From NCBI GenBank assembly GCA_945865905.1, contig CAMBFC010000001.1:174127-238126 (forward strand): a stretch of DNA of 64,000 bases, written 5' to 3'. The notes below the pieces were generated by a model, which did no database searches, was not told the origin of the DNA, and saw nothing but the letters and a program-made list of their open reading frames with translations. The stretch comes from Rickettsia typhi (lineage in GTDB: Bacteria > Pseudomonadota > Alphaproteobacteria > Rickettsiales > UBA1997). This document shows, piece by piece, positions 8,131 to 17,799 of the stretch. The translations under genes and the position numbers were made by a program. The stretch's first letter is position 1. Every line of letters begins with the position of its first letter.

Positions 8131-9375
8131 TTATTTATGCTTTGCTTGATAGTCAGCATCAATGGATTCGGGCAATGGCAAGGTTTTTTCATGACGGCCT
8201 AACCATGGCAAAATTACCAAGAAATATGCGTAATAGAAAAAAGTTGTGAAGCGTGAAGCCCATACATACCAGCCATCCGCGGGTGATTTTCCGAGCCAAC
8301 CAAGGAATAAAAAGTTGGCGATGAAGAGCCAGAAGATTTTTTTGAACCACGGGCGATAGGCGCCAGACTTGACTTTAGAGGTGTCTAAGAATGGCAGCGC
8401 GAATAATAATGCGATCGCACCAAACATCATCAACACGCCGCCCAACTTATCTGGGATAGCGCGCAAGATTGCGTAGAATGGCAAGAAATACCATTCTGGA
8501 ACAATGTGAGCTGGCGTTACCATTGGGTTGGCAGGGATGTAATTATCTGGATGCCCTAATGAGTTTGGATGGAAAAATAGAAAATATCCAAAGACTAAAA
8601 AGAAGATCGTGAAGCCCACCAGATCTTTGATGGTGAAGTATGGATGGAATGGAATTATATCTTTTTTAGATTTTATTTCAACACCAGTTGGGTTGTTTGA
8701 ACCTACAGTATGAAGGGCTACCAAATGCAACAACACAATTGCTACAATGATAAATGGCAATATAAAATGCAATGCAAAAAAGCGATTAAGCGTTGGATTA
8801 TCAACGGAGAAGCCGCCCCAAAGGCCGAGCACAATTTTTGGTCCGATCACTGGAATTGCCGAAAATAAATTAGTGATAACAGTGGCGCCCCAGAAGCTCA
8901 TTTGGCCCCAAGGCAATACATATCCCATAAAAGCTGTGGCCATTGCAAGCAAGAAAATAATCACCCCAATCCACCAGAGAATTTCTCGTGGCGATTTATA
9001 AGATCCATAATAAAGCCCGCGAGCCATGTGGGCATAGAGCGCAACAAAAAACATTGAAGCGCCAACAGCGTGAATATAGCGAATTAGCCAGCCATAATTA
9101 ACATCGCGCATGATGTGTTCTACAGAATTGAAAGCCTGCGCCGTATTAGGCACATAGTGCATCGCAAGAAAAAGACCCGTGATAATTTGCACCAACAAAG
9201 AAATGCCAGCGATAGATCCAAAGCTCCACCAATAACTTAAATTTTTTGGATAAGGATGTCTTAAAAAAGTACCCTCAAACATTGCTATTATTGGCAAGCG
9301 GTCATTGATCCATTTTGCAACTTTGGATTTTTCAGTGATGCTTTGCGGTAAATCGTTTTGAATGTGATTGCTCAT
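8131..9375 (-). CDS. petB: Cytochrome b of the bc1 complex
   Basis: WWSFGS, the paired His heme ligands and [13 protein letters not shown] are conserved cytochrome b motifs. Confidence 0.95.
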   Translation of the reverse strand: MSNHIQNDLPQSITEKSKVAKWINDRLPIIAMFEGTFLRHPYPKNLSYWWSFGSIAGISLLVQIITGLFLAMHYVPNTAQAFNSVEHIMRDVNYGWLIRYIHAVGASMFFVALYAHMARGLYYGSYKSPREILWWIGVIIFLLAMATAFMGYVLPWGQMSFWGATVITNLFSAIPVIGPKIVLGLWGGFSVDNPTLNRFFALHFILPFIIVAIVLLHLVALHTVGSNNPTGVEIKSKKDIIPFHPYFTIKDLVGFTIFFLVFGYFLFFHPNSLGHPDNYIPANPMVTPAHIVPEWYFLPFYAILRAIPDKLGGVLMMFGAIALLFALPFLDTSKVKSGAYRPWFKKIFWLFIANFLFLGWLGKSPADGWYVWASRFTTFFYYAYFLVILPWLGRHEKTLPLPESIDADYQAKHK

Positions 9376-9420
9376 ATTTTATATTTTTAAAAACCGCATA
9401 AAGCGGCTCTAGTATTGGGT

Positions 9421-9945
9421 TTAACCAATTTTAATTTTGTTATCGCTGACAAATTCATAAGGCGGAACTTCTAAATTTTTTGGTGCTGGGCCTTTGCGAA
9501 TGCGGGCCGAAGTATCATATTGCGAACCATGGCACGGACAAAACCAACCCTTATATTCACCCTCACCCATAATTGGAATGCAGCCCAAGTGGGTGCAGAT
9601 TCCGATGGTAATGAGCCATTCTTCTTTGCCAGTTTTAACGCGCTCAGCATCGGTTTGTGGATCGCGCAACTCGGCTAAATCAACGGTTTGCGCGGCGGCG
9701 ATTTCTTCTTTGCTGCGGCGCTTGATGAAGATTGGCTTGCCTCGCCACATAACTTTTTTTTCTTCGCCAACTTTAATGTTAGCAAGATCAACCTCAACCG
9801 AAGCTAGAGCCGCAACATCTTGTGCGGGATTCATGCTATCAACCAAAGGCAAAATTGCACAGGCCAAGCCAATGCCAGCAGCGGTGTAGGCTGTGCCAGT
9901 TAATAATTTGCGACGCTTTTCATCTTGAACTGTTTCTTGCGACAT
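9421..9945 (-). CDS. petA: Ubiquinol-cytochrome c reductase Rieske iron-sulfur subunit
   Basis: CTHLGC and CPCHGS Rieske boxes. Confidence 0.95.
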   Translation of the reverse strand: MSQETVQDEKRRKLLTGTAYTAAGIGLACAILPLVDSMNPAQDVAALASVEVDLANIKVGEEKKVMWRGKPIFIKRRSKEEIAAAQTVDLAELRDPQTDAERVKTGKEEWLITIGICTHLGCIPIMGEGEYKGWFCPCHGSQYDTSARIRKGPAPKNLEVPPYEFVSDNKIKIG

Positions 9946-10079
9946 TTTTGTATGACAATTTTTATGTATTTGCAGCGCAATAAAAATTGCACTAACAAAT
10001 ACTTATAAAGTTGATTTAGTATAAAAAAAATATAGACTCATTTTTAGTTACTTACACAAATTTTTTCAACTTATTATTT

Positions 10080-10523
10080 ATGACAATTCTTAAAATAAAA
10101 AAACTTGATAACGGCAAAGACCTTCCTTTGCCAAAATACGAAACCACCGGCAGCGCAGGAATGGATTTGCTCGCAGCGATTGATGAACCAATTATTATTA
10201 AATCTGGTGAAATAAAATTAGTTAAAACCGGAATCTCTATCGCGCTTGAAAAAGGCTTTGAAGCTCAAGTGCGGCCTCGCTCTGGCTTAGCATTAAAAAA
10301 CGGCATCACAGTTTTAAATAGCCCCGGAACCGTTGATTCTGATTATCGCGGTGAGGTTTGTGCAATTTTAATTAATCACTCGCAAGTTGATTTTACGATA
10401 ACTCGCGGCATGAGAATTGCACAAGTTGTGATTGCGCGCCATGAGCAAGCACAAGTGGTTGAGGTTGCAGATTTAGATGAAACTATACGCGGCAGCGGTG
10501 GTTTTGGCTCTACCGGACACTAA
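10080..10523 (+). CDS. dut: dUTP diphosphatase
   Basis: [26 protein letters not shown] and the C-terminal [10 protein letters not shown] motif. Confidence 0.95.
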   Translation: MTILKIKKLDNGKDLPLPKYETTGSAGMDLLAAIDEPIIIKSGEIKLVKTGISIALEKGFEAQVRPRSGLALKNGITVLNSPGTVDSDYRGEVCAILINHSQVDFTITRGMRIAQVVIARHEQAQVVEVADLDETIRGSGGFGSTGH

Positions 10524-10548
10524 ATATTTGAACATAATCAATATATCA

Positions 10549-11295
10549 ATGTTATCTGAGCCACAAAAACAACGCTATCTGCGCAACACTATTTTGCCAG
10601 AAATCAATGAAGCTGGGCAATTGCAACTTTTGGCAGCAAGGGTTTTGGTAATTGGCGCTGGCGGGCTTGGCTCATCTGTCTTATTTTATTTGGCAGCTGC
10701 GGGCATAGGAAATATTGGCGTGATGGATGATGATGTGGTCGAGCTTTCTAACTTACAGCGTCAAGTGATTCACAACTTTAGCGATTTAGGAAAAAAGAAA
10801 GTTGCGAGCGCGCAAGAAAAAATTTCTGCATTAAATGAAGATGTAAATTTGCAGATTTATGATTGCCGCGCAACCCATGATTCTCTAAGCAAAATCGCAC
10901 AAGATTATGATTATATTTTGGATGCTACCGATAATTTTTCTACGCGCTTTATGATTAATGAGGTTTGTCATAAAGCACACAAACCCTTGATATTTGCGGC
11001 AGTAAAAGGTTTTTTGGGGCAAGTTTCGGTGTTCAAATCTTATGAATCTGGCCCTTGCTACACCTGCTTTAATCCCAATATTGTTGATAAAAATTTTTCG
11101 CTACCACTATCTGAAAAAGGAATTTTGGGAAGTGTTGCTGGCACTGTAGGAGCCCTTCAAGCCACCACGGCAATAAAAGAAATTTTGGAAATTGGCGAGA
11201 GTTTGGTTGGTAAAATCTTGGTTTTTGATTTTTTGAAAAATGAATTTCGTAAAATCAAATTATCCAAAAATATTAATTGCACTATTTGTAGATAG
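10549..11295 (+). CDS. ThiF/MoeB/HesA-family E1-like adenylyltransferase
   Basis: VLVIGAGGLGS nucleotide-binding loop, LQRQ, and two CxxC pairs (CYTCF, CTIC). The track ORF starts at 10477 inside dut. The M at 10549 (MLSEPQKQRYLRN) is the plausible start. Confidence 0.8.
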   Translation: MLSEPQKQRYLRNTILPEINEAGQLQLLAARVLVIGAGGLGSSVLFYLAAAGIGNIGVMDDDVVELSNLQRQVIHNFSDLGKKKVASAQEKISALNEDVNLQIYDCRATHDSLSKIAQDYDYILDATDNFSTRFMINEVCHKAHKPLIFAAVKGFLGQVSVFKSYESGPCYTCFNPNIVDKNFSLPLSEKGILGSVAGTVGALQATTAIKEILEIGESLVGKILVFDFLKNEFRKIKLSKNINCTICR

Positions 11296-11367
11296 CTTGC
11301 CAAAAGCGTCTCTGAATGGCGCTTGGTTAGTCAATTTTAAAAAGGCACCTCAAGAATTATAGCAGGA

Positions 11368-11396
11368 TTGACTCTTAAGTTTTTTTGCGATAGAAT
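11368..11396 (+). promoter_or_regulatory. Sigma70-like promoter for the tRNA-Tyr/tRNA-Gly unit
   Basis: TTGACT, a 17-nt spacer, then TAGAAT, about 34 nt upstream of the tRNA-Tyr 5' end. Confidence 0.5.
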
Positions 11397-11429
11397 ATTG
11401 ATCTCTGTTTTTTATCGCAGATAAATTGG

Positions 11430-11515
11430 GGATAGGTGGCCGAGTGGTCAATGGCAACAGACTGTAAATCTGTCCGCGCAAGCGTACGCAGGTTCAAATC
11501 CTGCCCTATCCACCA
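11430..11515 (+). tRNA. tRNA-Tyr (anticodon GTA), long variable arm, CCA encoded
   Basis: GGATAGGTGGCCGAGTGGTCAATGGCAACAGACTGTAAATCTGTCCGCGCAAGCGTACGCAGGTTCAAATCCTGCCCTATCCACCA. The acceptor stem GGATAGG/CCTATCC pairs, and the anticodon loop is CT-GTA-AA. Confidence 0.95.
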
Positions 11516-11626
11516 TTTAAATTTACCGCTACTGCGGGCGTGCTTTCGCTTCGCTTACGCAAGCGCTTCTTGCGCACTGCTTTTAGTGGTTTTGTTTTTT
11601 AGTGGTTTTTGTGGTTTTTCACCTTA

Positions 11627-11700
11627 GCGGGTGTAGCTTAATGGTAAAGTTCTAGCCTTCCAAGCTAGCCATGAGGGTTCGATTCCCTCCACCCGCTCCA
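11627..11700 (+). tRNA. tRNA-Gly (anticodon TCC), CCA encoded
   Basis: GCGGGTGTAGCTTAATGGTAAAGTTCTAGCCTTCCAAGCTAGCCATGAGGGTTCGATTCCCTCCACCCGCTCCA. The acceptor stem GCGGGTG/CACCCGC pairs, and the anticodon loop is CT-TCC-AA. Confidence 0.95.
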
Positions 11701-11780
11701 ACCAACACTTCTTCTTGACTCTTGTATTAATACTCAATAAAAAATCTGCACAATAGAGCTTATAATAAATTTTTTAGATT

Positions 11781-11951
11781 ATGTCAAAAGGTCAGCGCAC
11801 AATTCAAATTGATAGAAGAGAGATCACTCCAGAAAATATATCTCTTGAAGATGTGGCATTGGTTATGAAAAATTTTAGAAAATTAATTTGGCAACAAATC
11901 AAGGCAAAAAAAGATCAAGATTTTTCACTAACAGATATTAGGGGGATGTGA
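11781..11951 (+). CDS. Small hypothetical protein (56 aa), not in the ORF track
   Basis: ATG..TGA ORF reading MSKGQRTIQIDRREITPENISLEDVALVMKNFRKLIWQQIKAKKDQDFSLTDIRGM, just upstream of the 568-aa gene. No family recognised. Confidence 0.25.
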   Translation: MSKGQRTIQIDRREITPENISLEDVALVMKNFRKLIWQQIKAKKDQDFSLTDIRGM

Positions 11952-11979
11952 TGTTAACTTTTTTCCCAGCCAAAATGAG

Positions 11980-13686
11980 ATGTCGATAGTTTTTAATGAC
12001 GCTTTAAAACAATCTTCATTAGAAACTTTTGAGAGAGATAAAAAAATATACCAACAGGCAAAAAAAGACCTTCCTGCCGCGCACACATCATTCAAAGCTG
12101 CGGAACGAAATTTTGGACGCCTGATGAATGGTTCAGCAGCAGCATCAGAAGAAGAAATGACCTTATCTTCTTCTCTCGAGACAGATGCACGAGAAAATTT
12201 AAATCGTATAAATCAAATTTTATTAAAATTTGGCACTACCGCTCATGATACTATAAAATTAAAAAATGGCATAGCGCAATATGGCTCAGAGATATTCACA
12301 ATAAGTTTTGCAGATGATCATTGTGTGTCTCAATCTTTTGAGCCATTACAGATGGGAGCATCCTCTGAAGGCTCTCGAGATTTAAATGATCCAGCAATAA
12401 AATCTAGGATTTTTGAAACTTTATTGAATTTGGATCTCTATATAAAAAAACTTTTTGCCGCCCAAGATTCACCTTCAAAACAACCCATTCCATCCGTTTT
12501 TCAATCGCAAACCCCCAAACCTTTGGCGGCAGCATCTTTACCAGCAGCTGCTGCAGCTAAGGCCGCGGTGGCAATTTTGCCAGCAATATCAATTGCAGAG
12601 CAAAAAGTTCTGGATCATCTTCCGGATCTAGCAGAGTTTAAAGTAGTCGCTCCTCCCCAACAATCAACTGGATGGGCAGCGGAACAAGTTGAGAAATGGC
12701 AAAGAGAATGGCGAGAGAAATCTAGGAAGCAAAGGGAAGCGGAAGAGGCTTTAGAATCAGAAAAAACTTCTGGCATTAAAGCAAAAATCACAGAGATTGA
12801 TTCAACCAACTTAACCGAGAAGCATATTTGGAATTTTTCTAGATATATTTATTCTTCTTATTTGCAGCGAAAGAAATCAGTTAACAATCAAAATGGTTAT
12901 TACAATATTTTAAACAGAGGAACCTCGCAAGTTGCAAATGTAGATGATATTCAGATTATCTCAAAAGCCCCAGATGCAGAGCTATTCATTCTTCATTGTA
13001 AAAAAGTTGGAGATATTCAAATTTTTAAGATTAATGCCGCGGCTAAAACAAAAGAAGTTACAGCTTCTTTTTCTTCTGCACAGACAGAACAATTTTATGA
13101 TTTTATTCGCAATGTTGCAAAAATAGAAGGATTGTCTGATGAGAATTTGAATAAGGTTTTGTTGGAAGGTAAGTTGGGTAAGGAAACTGTGAAAACACCA
13201 AGGCCAATGATGGCAGCGGCATCGCGCCCAGCGGGATTTATGGCAGCAAGATCTTCTGTTGGCGAAGTTGCTCCTTCTGCCGCGACTGCGAGGAATTCAT
13301 TTGCGGCCGCTAAAACACCTTTGCCAAGAAGACTAGAGCCATTGATGGGGATGGTTTCAAAAAAATTGGCTCCAATTGCGCCTATTAATAATCCGGCTTT
13401 GTCTTCTGTTGCCGTTGCGACTAGCGCTCCTTCAGTTGGTTTTGCTGTTGCGGCAGCGGCTTCTGCTTCTGTTGCCACTACAGCAACTGCACAAATCGCT
13501 CAACCTCCTAAAAAGCCACAACCTCCGGCAGCAGCGCGCCCACCAAAATCACGTCCAGTAGTGGCATTTGGTGGAATAGTTAGAGATCGAAAAAAATCGG
13601 CAAAAGAAGCGGGGGAAAGACCCGCTGTAGCAACTGCCAAACCATCGGCAGCGGCAGCCGCAGCGACAACACAACAAACTAAATAG
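11980..13686 (+). CDS. Orphan Ala/Pro-rich protein (568 aa), candidate secreted or effector protein
   Basis: Long ORF with low-complexity Ala/Pro/Ser tracts (AASLPAAAAAKAAVAIL, PPKKPQPPAAARPPKSRP). The locally GC-rich coding creates antisense shadow ORFs. No family recognised. Confidence 0.6.
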   Translation: MSIVFNDALKQSSLETFERDKKIYQQAKKDLPAAHTSFKAAERNFGRLMNGSAAASEEEMTLSSSLETDARENLNRINQILLKFGTTAHDTIKLKNGIAQYGSEIFTISFADDHCVSQSFEPLQMGASSEGSRDLNDPAIKSRIFETLLNLDLYIKKLFAAQDSPSKQPIPSVFQSQTPKPLAAASLPAAAAAKAAVAILPAISIAEQKVLDHLPDLAEFKVVAPPQQSTGWAAEQVEKWQREWREKSRKQREAEEALESEKTSGIKAKITEIDSTNLTEKHIWNFSRYIYSSYLQRKKSVNNQNGYYNILNRGTSQVANVDDIQIISKAPDAELFILHCKKVGDIQIFKINAAAKTKEVTASFSSAQTEQFYDFIRNVAKIEGLSDENLNKVLLEGKLGKETVKTPRPMMAAASRPAGFMAARSSVGEVAPSAATARNSFAAAKTPLPRRLEPLMGMVSKKLAPIAPINNPALSSVAVATSAPSVGFAVAAAASASVATTATAQIAQPPKKPQPPAAARPPKSRPVVAFGGIVRDRKKSAKEAGERPAVATAKPSAAAAAATTQQTK

Positions 13687-13709
13687 AGCAATCCTGTAAT
13701 CAAAACCAA

Positions 13710-13967
13710 TTATTTATCCATCTCTACTTCAGGCAAATCAACCTCTAAAATCTTCAAGCGCGCGGTTTCTCCGCTTAAAATTCTCACCTCGCCTCTTTTT
13801 ACTTTAAAATACTCTGAGACAATTTTTATTACCGCAACATTTGCTTTGCCATCTTCCGGTGATGCAGTAGTTTTTATTTTTAGCACACGATTGCCATAAG
13901 CATTGACACCGCCTTCTTTGACGAGGTCTTGCATTGAATTTGGAGTAACTTTAACTGCGATTTTCAT
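13710..13967 (-). CDS. DUF167/YggU-family protein
   Basis: 85 aa. KVTPNS...ASPEDGKANVAVIKIVSEYFKVKRGEVRILSGETARLK matches the YggU pattern. Confidence 0.7.
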   Translation of the reverse strand: MKIAVKVTPNSMQDLVKEGGVNAYGNRVLKIKTTASPEDGKANVAVIKIVSEYFKVKRGEVRILSGETARLKILEVDLPEVEMDK

Positions 13968-14139
13968 TTTGTATTTAAAGATTGACTATAATGTTATAAT
14001 TATAGATGTTTTGATATTATAGTATAGTTCATTCTAACAATTTTTGACCCAAAACCACAAGAGCCATTTGCAACGAAGCCGGTTTGTGATTAATTTGGTT
14101 TTAGCAATTGCGTGGTAAATTTTGTTAGAACTAATAAAT

Positions 14140-14940
14140 TTAAAAAAAATTATCAATAACTTTGCGCACACCAAATTGAATTGTGCTGGTTCTGCGATAG
14201 GTGCCATCATTACTCTCATCATATCCCATAAAGACTGGCTGACTTCCATATAAAATACTAAAGGCCAGATTATTTGATTTTATAAATTTAAAGCCCGCTT
14301 GATAAGAATGAAAATATCCCGGAGAATCTCGTGGTGAATTTGGAGTGCCATTATAACTTTCCATAAAAAGACGAAAATCTTTGCGAAGCAATGCTACATC
14401 TATTGCCACACCAAGCTGTGTGCGATATAAATTTTTGCCCGTAGGTAAATCATAAGAAACTTTGGGGCCGCTATTTACGTGAACTATTAGGTTATTATCA
14501 AAAAAATAGCTCGAGAGAATTCCGATAAGATAATAATTTGTTGCTGTGTCATAATATTGCCCGCGACCGTTCTTATTCACATATCCAGCGGATATTGCAA
14601 CGGAGGGAATTGCGGTATTTTTTGGCTGAAAAATCACCGATTTTACCTGCAAAATCGGGTTCATTAGAGCAAGAGATTGATTGTGAAAATCATAGCCTGC
14701 AAGAGCCGCAACCCCAACTTCTAATTTATCTGAGAGGCCATAGGCTAGACCTAAATATTGCCCTAATAAATTAGAAGATTCGTTATCGGATTTTTTTGGT
14801 AAATGCCAAATTTCGGTATATTCTTCGATTAATAATTGATTGCGATTGGCAATTGCCGCATCATCAGTAGCAAATGGCAAGGCTGCGAAGGCTTGATTGG
14901 CGGTAGTTAAGAGCAATAATAAGATTACGAATTTACACAT
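14140..14940 (-). CDS. Outer-membrane beta-barrel protein (transporter-like)
   Basis: Signal peptide MCKFVILLLLLTTANQAFA from the internal M at 14940 (track ORF extends to 15027). Alternating beta-strand pattern and a C-terminal aromatic residue (..DNFF). Confidence 0.6.
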   Translation of the reverse strand: MCKFVILLLLLTTANQAFAALPFATDDAAIANRNQLLIEEYTEIWHLPKKSDNESSNLLGQYLGLAYGLSDKLEVGVAALAGYDFHNQSLALMNPILQVKSVIFQPKNTAIPSVAISAGYVNKNGRGQYYDTATNYYLIGILSSYFFDNNLIVHVNSGPKVSYDLPTGKNLYRTQLGVAIDVALLRKDFRLFMESYNGTPNSPRDSPGYFHSYQAGFKFIKSNNLAFSILYGSQPVFMGYDESNDGTYRRTSTIQFGVRKVIDNFF

Positions 14941-15045
14941 AATTTTTATTTTTTCTGTATTCAACTGTTGCATTTTTTGCAACGGTTGAAGGTGGATAAC
15001 ATTTGAACTTGTTCCATTGTGGAACAAGTTGCTTTAATTGATAAA

Positions 15046-16245
15046 TCACAATTCTTCACCTTCAACCACAAAAAACCTTTGTGCAAATTCTGCAAAACTT
15101 TGCGATTCAATTGCGGCGCGGATTTCGCGCATTAAATCTTGATAGTAAAAAAGATTATGCTCGGTTAAAAGCATCGCGCCAAGCATTTCTTCTGCTTTGC
15201 TGAGATGGTGCAGATAAGCGCGGCTGTGGTGTTTGCAGGCATAGCATCCACATTTTTCATCAAGTGGATTTTTATCTTCGCGATATTTTGCGTTGCGAAT
15301 ATTTATAACACCGCCCTCAATTTCTGGGCGCACAAAAGCTTGCCCAGTGCGGCCTGAGCGCGTTGGGATCACGCAATCAAACATATCGACTCCGCGCGCA
15401 ACTGCACCAACAATATCGCTTGGCTTGCCTACTCCCATCAAATATCGCGGCTTATCTTGTGGCAAAAAATCTGGGATATAATCTAGCACTTCAAACATAA
15501 TTTTTTGGCCCTCACCTACAGCCAAGCCACCAATCGCATATCCATCAAAACCAATTTTGACTAATTCATCAGCAGAAACTTTGCGCAAATCTTGATAAAC
15601 GCCACCTTGCACAATTCCAAAAAGCCCATAACCATCACGATTTACAAAAGCATCTTTAGAGCGCGCAGCCCAAGCAAGAGAACGCTCCATCGCTTTTACA
15701 GTTTGTTCATGCGTTGCCGGAAATTTTATACATTCATCAAAAATCATCGTAATATCCGCGCCAAGTTTATGTTGAATTTCCATTGATTTTTCTGGCGTGA
15801 GAAAATGTTTTGAACCATCAATGTGCGAAGAAAATTCAACACCATCATCGGTGATTTTGCAGAGACCAATTTGTTTTGTGGCACCGCTCGCATCGCCTTT
15901 TGCAGCCGAACCTCCCGCCATTTTTGCCCCCGCCAAAGACATCACTTGAAAACCACCCGAATCAGTTAAAATCGGCCCATCCCACCCCATAAATTTATGC
16001 AAACCACCAAACTGCGCCACTAAATCTGCCCCCGGGCGCAACATTAAATGATAAGTATTTCCTAAAATAATTTCTGCACCAGAATTTTTAACATCAGAAA
16101 TCTTCATCGCCTTAACAGTGGCTTGAGTTCCTACTGGCATAAAAGCGGGGGTCTGAATTGATCCATGTGCAGTAAAAACTTCACCTCTTCTTGCTTTATT
16201 ATCAGTAGTTTTTAAGGTGAAGGAAAATTTTTTTTGTTTTGTCAT
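15046..16245 (-). CDS. tgt: Queuine tRNA-ribosyltransferase
   Basis: [18 protein letters not shown], the Zn site CGCYAC..H and YLMGVGKP. It carries an extra Gly/Ala-rich insert (see findings). Confidence 0.95.
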   Translation of the reverse strand: MTKQKKFSFTLKTTDNKARRGEVFTAHGSIQTPAFMPVGTQATVKAMKISDVKNSGAEIILGNTYHLMLRPGADLVAQFGGLHKFMGWDGPILTDSGGFQVMSLAGAKMAGGSAAKGDASGATKQIGLCKITDDGVEFSSHIDGSKHFLTPEKSMEIQHKLGADITMIFDECIKFPATHEQTVKAMERSLAWAARSKDAFVNRDGYGLFGIVQGGVYQDLRKVSADELVKIGFDGYAIGGLAVGEGQKIMFEVLDYIPDFLPQDKPRYLMGVGKPSDIVGAVARGVDMFDCVIPTRSGRTGQAFVRPEIEGGVINIRNAKYREDKNPLDEKCGCYACKHHSRAYLHHLSKAEEMLGAMLLTEHNLFYYQDLMREIRAAIESQSFAEFAQRFFVVEGEEL

Positions 16246-16260
16246 TTTCTAAAATTTTTT

Positions 16261-16830
16261 ATGAAAAAAATACAGCGTTTTTTGCCGTTTATAATTTTGT
16301 TAAGCTTTGTGGCTGTAACCTCTATCGCAATTATCAAAAGCACTTCAAAGCAAAATCTTGATGAAAATCAATTATCAAATGAATTTTCGGCAAAGTTATT
16401 GAAGCAAAAAATTAAATTACCAGAATTTTCACTGCCCGATCTTTTTGATGAAAATAAAAATTTTTCAACCAAAGATTTAATTAATGATAAAAAAAGATAT
16501 TCTATAATAAACTTTTTTGCCTCTTGGTGCACTACTTGCCTTGCTGAACATGAAGCTTTGATGCATTTGCAAAGTGAAAACATCGCCGATGTTTATGGTG
16601 TAGCATGGCGCGATTTTGGCAAAAATACTATAAAATTTCTAGATAAAAACGGCAATCCATTTAAAAAGGTAGCATTAGATGCGCAAGGCTTATTTACTCG
16701 AATTTTGGGCATTAAAGCAGTGCCCGAGACTGTGGTTGTTGATCCCGATGGCAATGTGATCTTGCGCTATCAAGGCAATCTTTCTCACGAAACAGTTATC
16801 GAAATTAAAAACTTTTTAAGCAAAAGATGA
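16261..16830 (+). CDS. ccmG: Thiol:disulfide oxidoreductase, CcmG/DsbE (TlpA family)
   Basis: N-terminal TM anchor and the WCTTC thioredoxin motif in FFASWCTTCLAEH. The start is taken at MKKIQRF (track ORF begins at 16234). Confidence 0.8.
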   Translation: MKKIQRFLPFIILLSFVAVTSIAIIKSTSKQNLDENQLSNEFSAKLLKQKIKLPEFSLPDLFDENKNFSTKDLINDKKRYSIINFFASWCTTCLAEHEALMHLQSENIADVYGVAWRDFGKNTIKFLDKNGNPFKKVALDAQGLFTRILGIKAVPETVVVDPDGNVILRYQGNLSHETVIEIKNFLSKR

Positions 16831-17798
16831 AGAAAAACTCTAAAATTATACAAAATCAAATGTTTGGTTTGAAAAAAATATTGGCCTTTTGCTTGATATT
16901 TTGCCGCACATTTTTGATTTTATCTTTTTTAAAATTTGTGCGAATAGCAAAATTTTTAGCGATTTTTTTTGTTGCTATTTATATATCCAGTTTAGCTTCG
17001 GCAGAATCCTTACAAAAGAATCTTTCTAACAACGATATAATTCGTGAGGTTGAAAAAACTCTTCTTTTTAGCGATGCCGAAAAATCGAAAACAGAATTAA
17101 TGCAACGACAACTCAATCAAAAAAGTGATTTTAATATCGTTGCGGGCGAAAAAAATTATGATAAAAATGATGCGATAATAATTAACATCAAAGAAACCAA
17201 AAAAGTTGTCGATGTTGATACGCGCACCAAAGAAAAAATGGCCTATAATGCCACGCTAAATGGTCAATATGAGGTAGCTATTGAACTTTACAAGCAAGTT
17301 ATTGTATCTGAGCCTGATAATAATTATGCCCTGCTTTCTCTTGCAACAATTTATCAAAAAGTTGGGCAATTGCGTCAAGCAAAAACTATTTATTACACTC
17401 TGCTACAAAATAATCCTGAAAATAAAGAAGAAATTGTCAGCAACATTTTATCAACACTATCAGCTGAGTCGCCGCGAGATTCTCTATATCTGCTTGTCCG
17501 GCTTTCAACATCCAATCCACAATCGCCTTATATTTTAGTGCAAACCGCCTTGGCTTATAGTGGCGTTAAAAATTATGAAAAGGCTTCAGATCTTCTTCTT
17601 AAAGCGATTGCACTAGATCCTGATCGCCTTGATTATAAATATAATCTTGCCATTATTTATGATAAAGCGGGCAATTACAACAAAGCTTTTGCTTCTTATC
17701 AAGAGGTAATTCATGGCTATGATGATAATAAATGGGCAACGACAATTTCTTTAAAGGCGGTGCAAATGCGCCTTGCAACCATTCAAGATAAAATATAA
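16827..17798 (+). CDS. Membrane-anchored TPR-repeat protein (possibly CcmI/CycH-like)
   Basis: N-terminal hydrophobic segments followed by TPR-like repeats (YEVAIELYKQVIVSEPDNNYALLSLATIYQKVGQ...). ATGA overlap with the ccmG stop. Confidence 0.55.
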   Translation: MKKNSKIIQNQMFGLKKILAFCLIFCRTFLILSFLKFVRIAKFLAIFFVAIYISSLASAESLQKNLSNNDIIREVEKTLLFSDAEKSKTELMQRQLNQKSDFNIVAGEKNYDKNDAIIINIKETKKVVDVDTRTKEKMAYNATLNGQYEVAIELYKQVIVSEPDNNYALLSLATIYQKVGQLRQAKTIYYTLLQNNPENKEEIVSNILSTLSAESPRDSLYLLVRLSTSNPQSPYILVQTALAYSGVKNYEKASDLLLKAIALDPDRLDYKYNLAIIYDKAGNYNKAFASYQEVIHGYDDNKWATTISLKAVQMRLATIQDKI

Positions 17799-17799
17799 T

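Noticed and set aside
9494-9889. Long antisense ORFs inside conserved or GC-rich genes (for example 9494-9889, 13095-13478, 31566-31935, 45005-45376, 62503-62742)
   Set aside because: Each lies opposite a well-supported gene (petA, the Ala/Pro-rich ORF, the large paralog, purL, sdhA) and has low-complexity or atypical composition. They are typical shadow ORFs.
10477-10548. N-terminal extensions of track ORFs (10477, 15027, 16234, 17773, 29123, 34231, 42410, 53668, 54199, 58590)
   Set aside because: The extensions overlap upstream genes or repeats and lack homology. Internal Met residues coincide with the conserved N-termini or signal peptides of the respective families.
11436-11627. The 63-aa ORF in the tRNA region
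   Set aside because: It starts inside tRNA-Tyr and ends at the first base of tRNA-Gly. It is an artefact of translating tRNA and spacer sequence.
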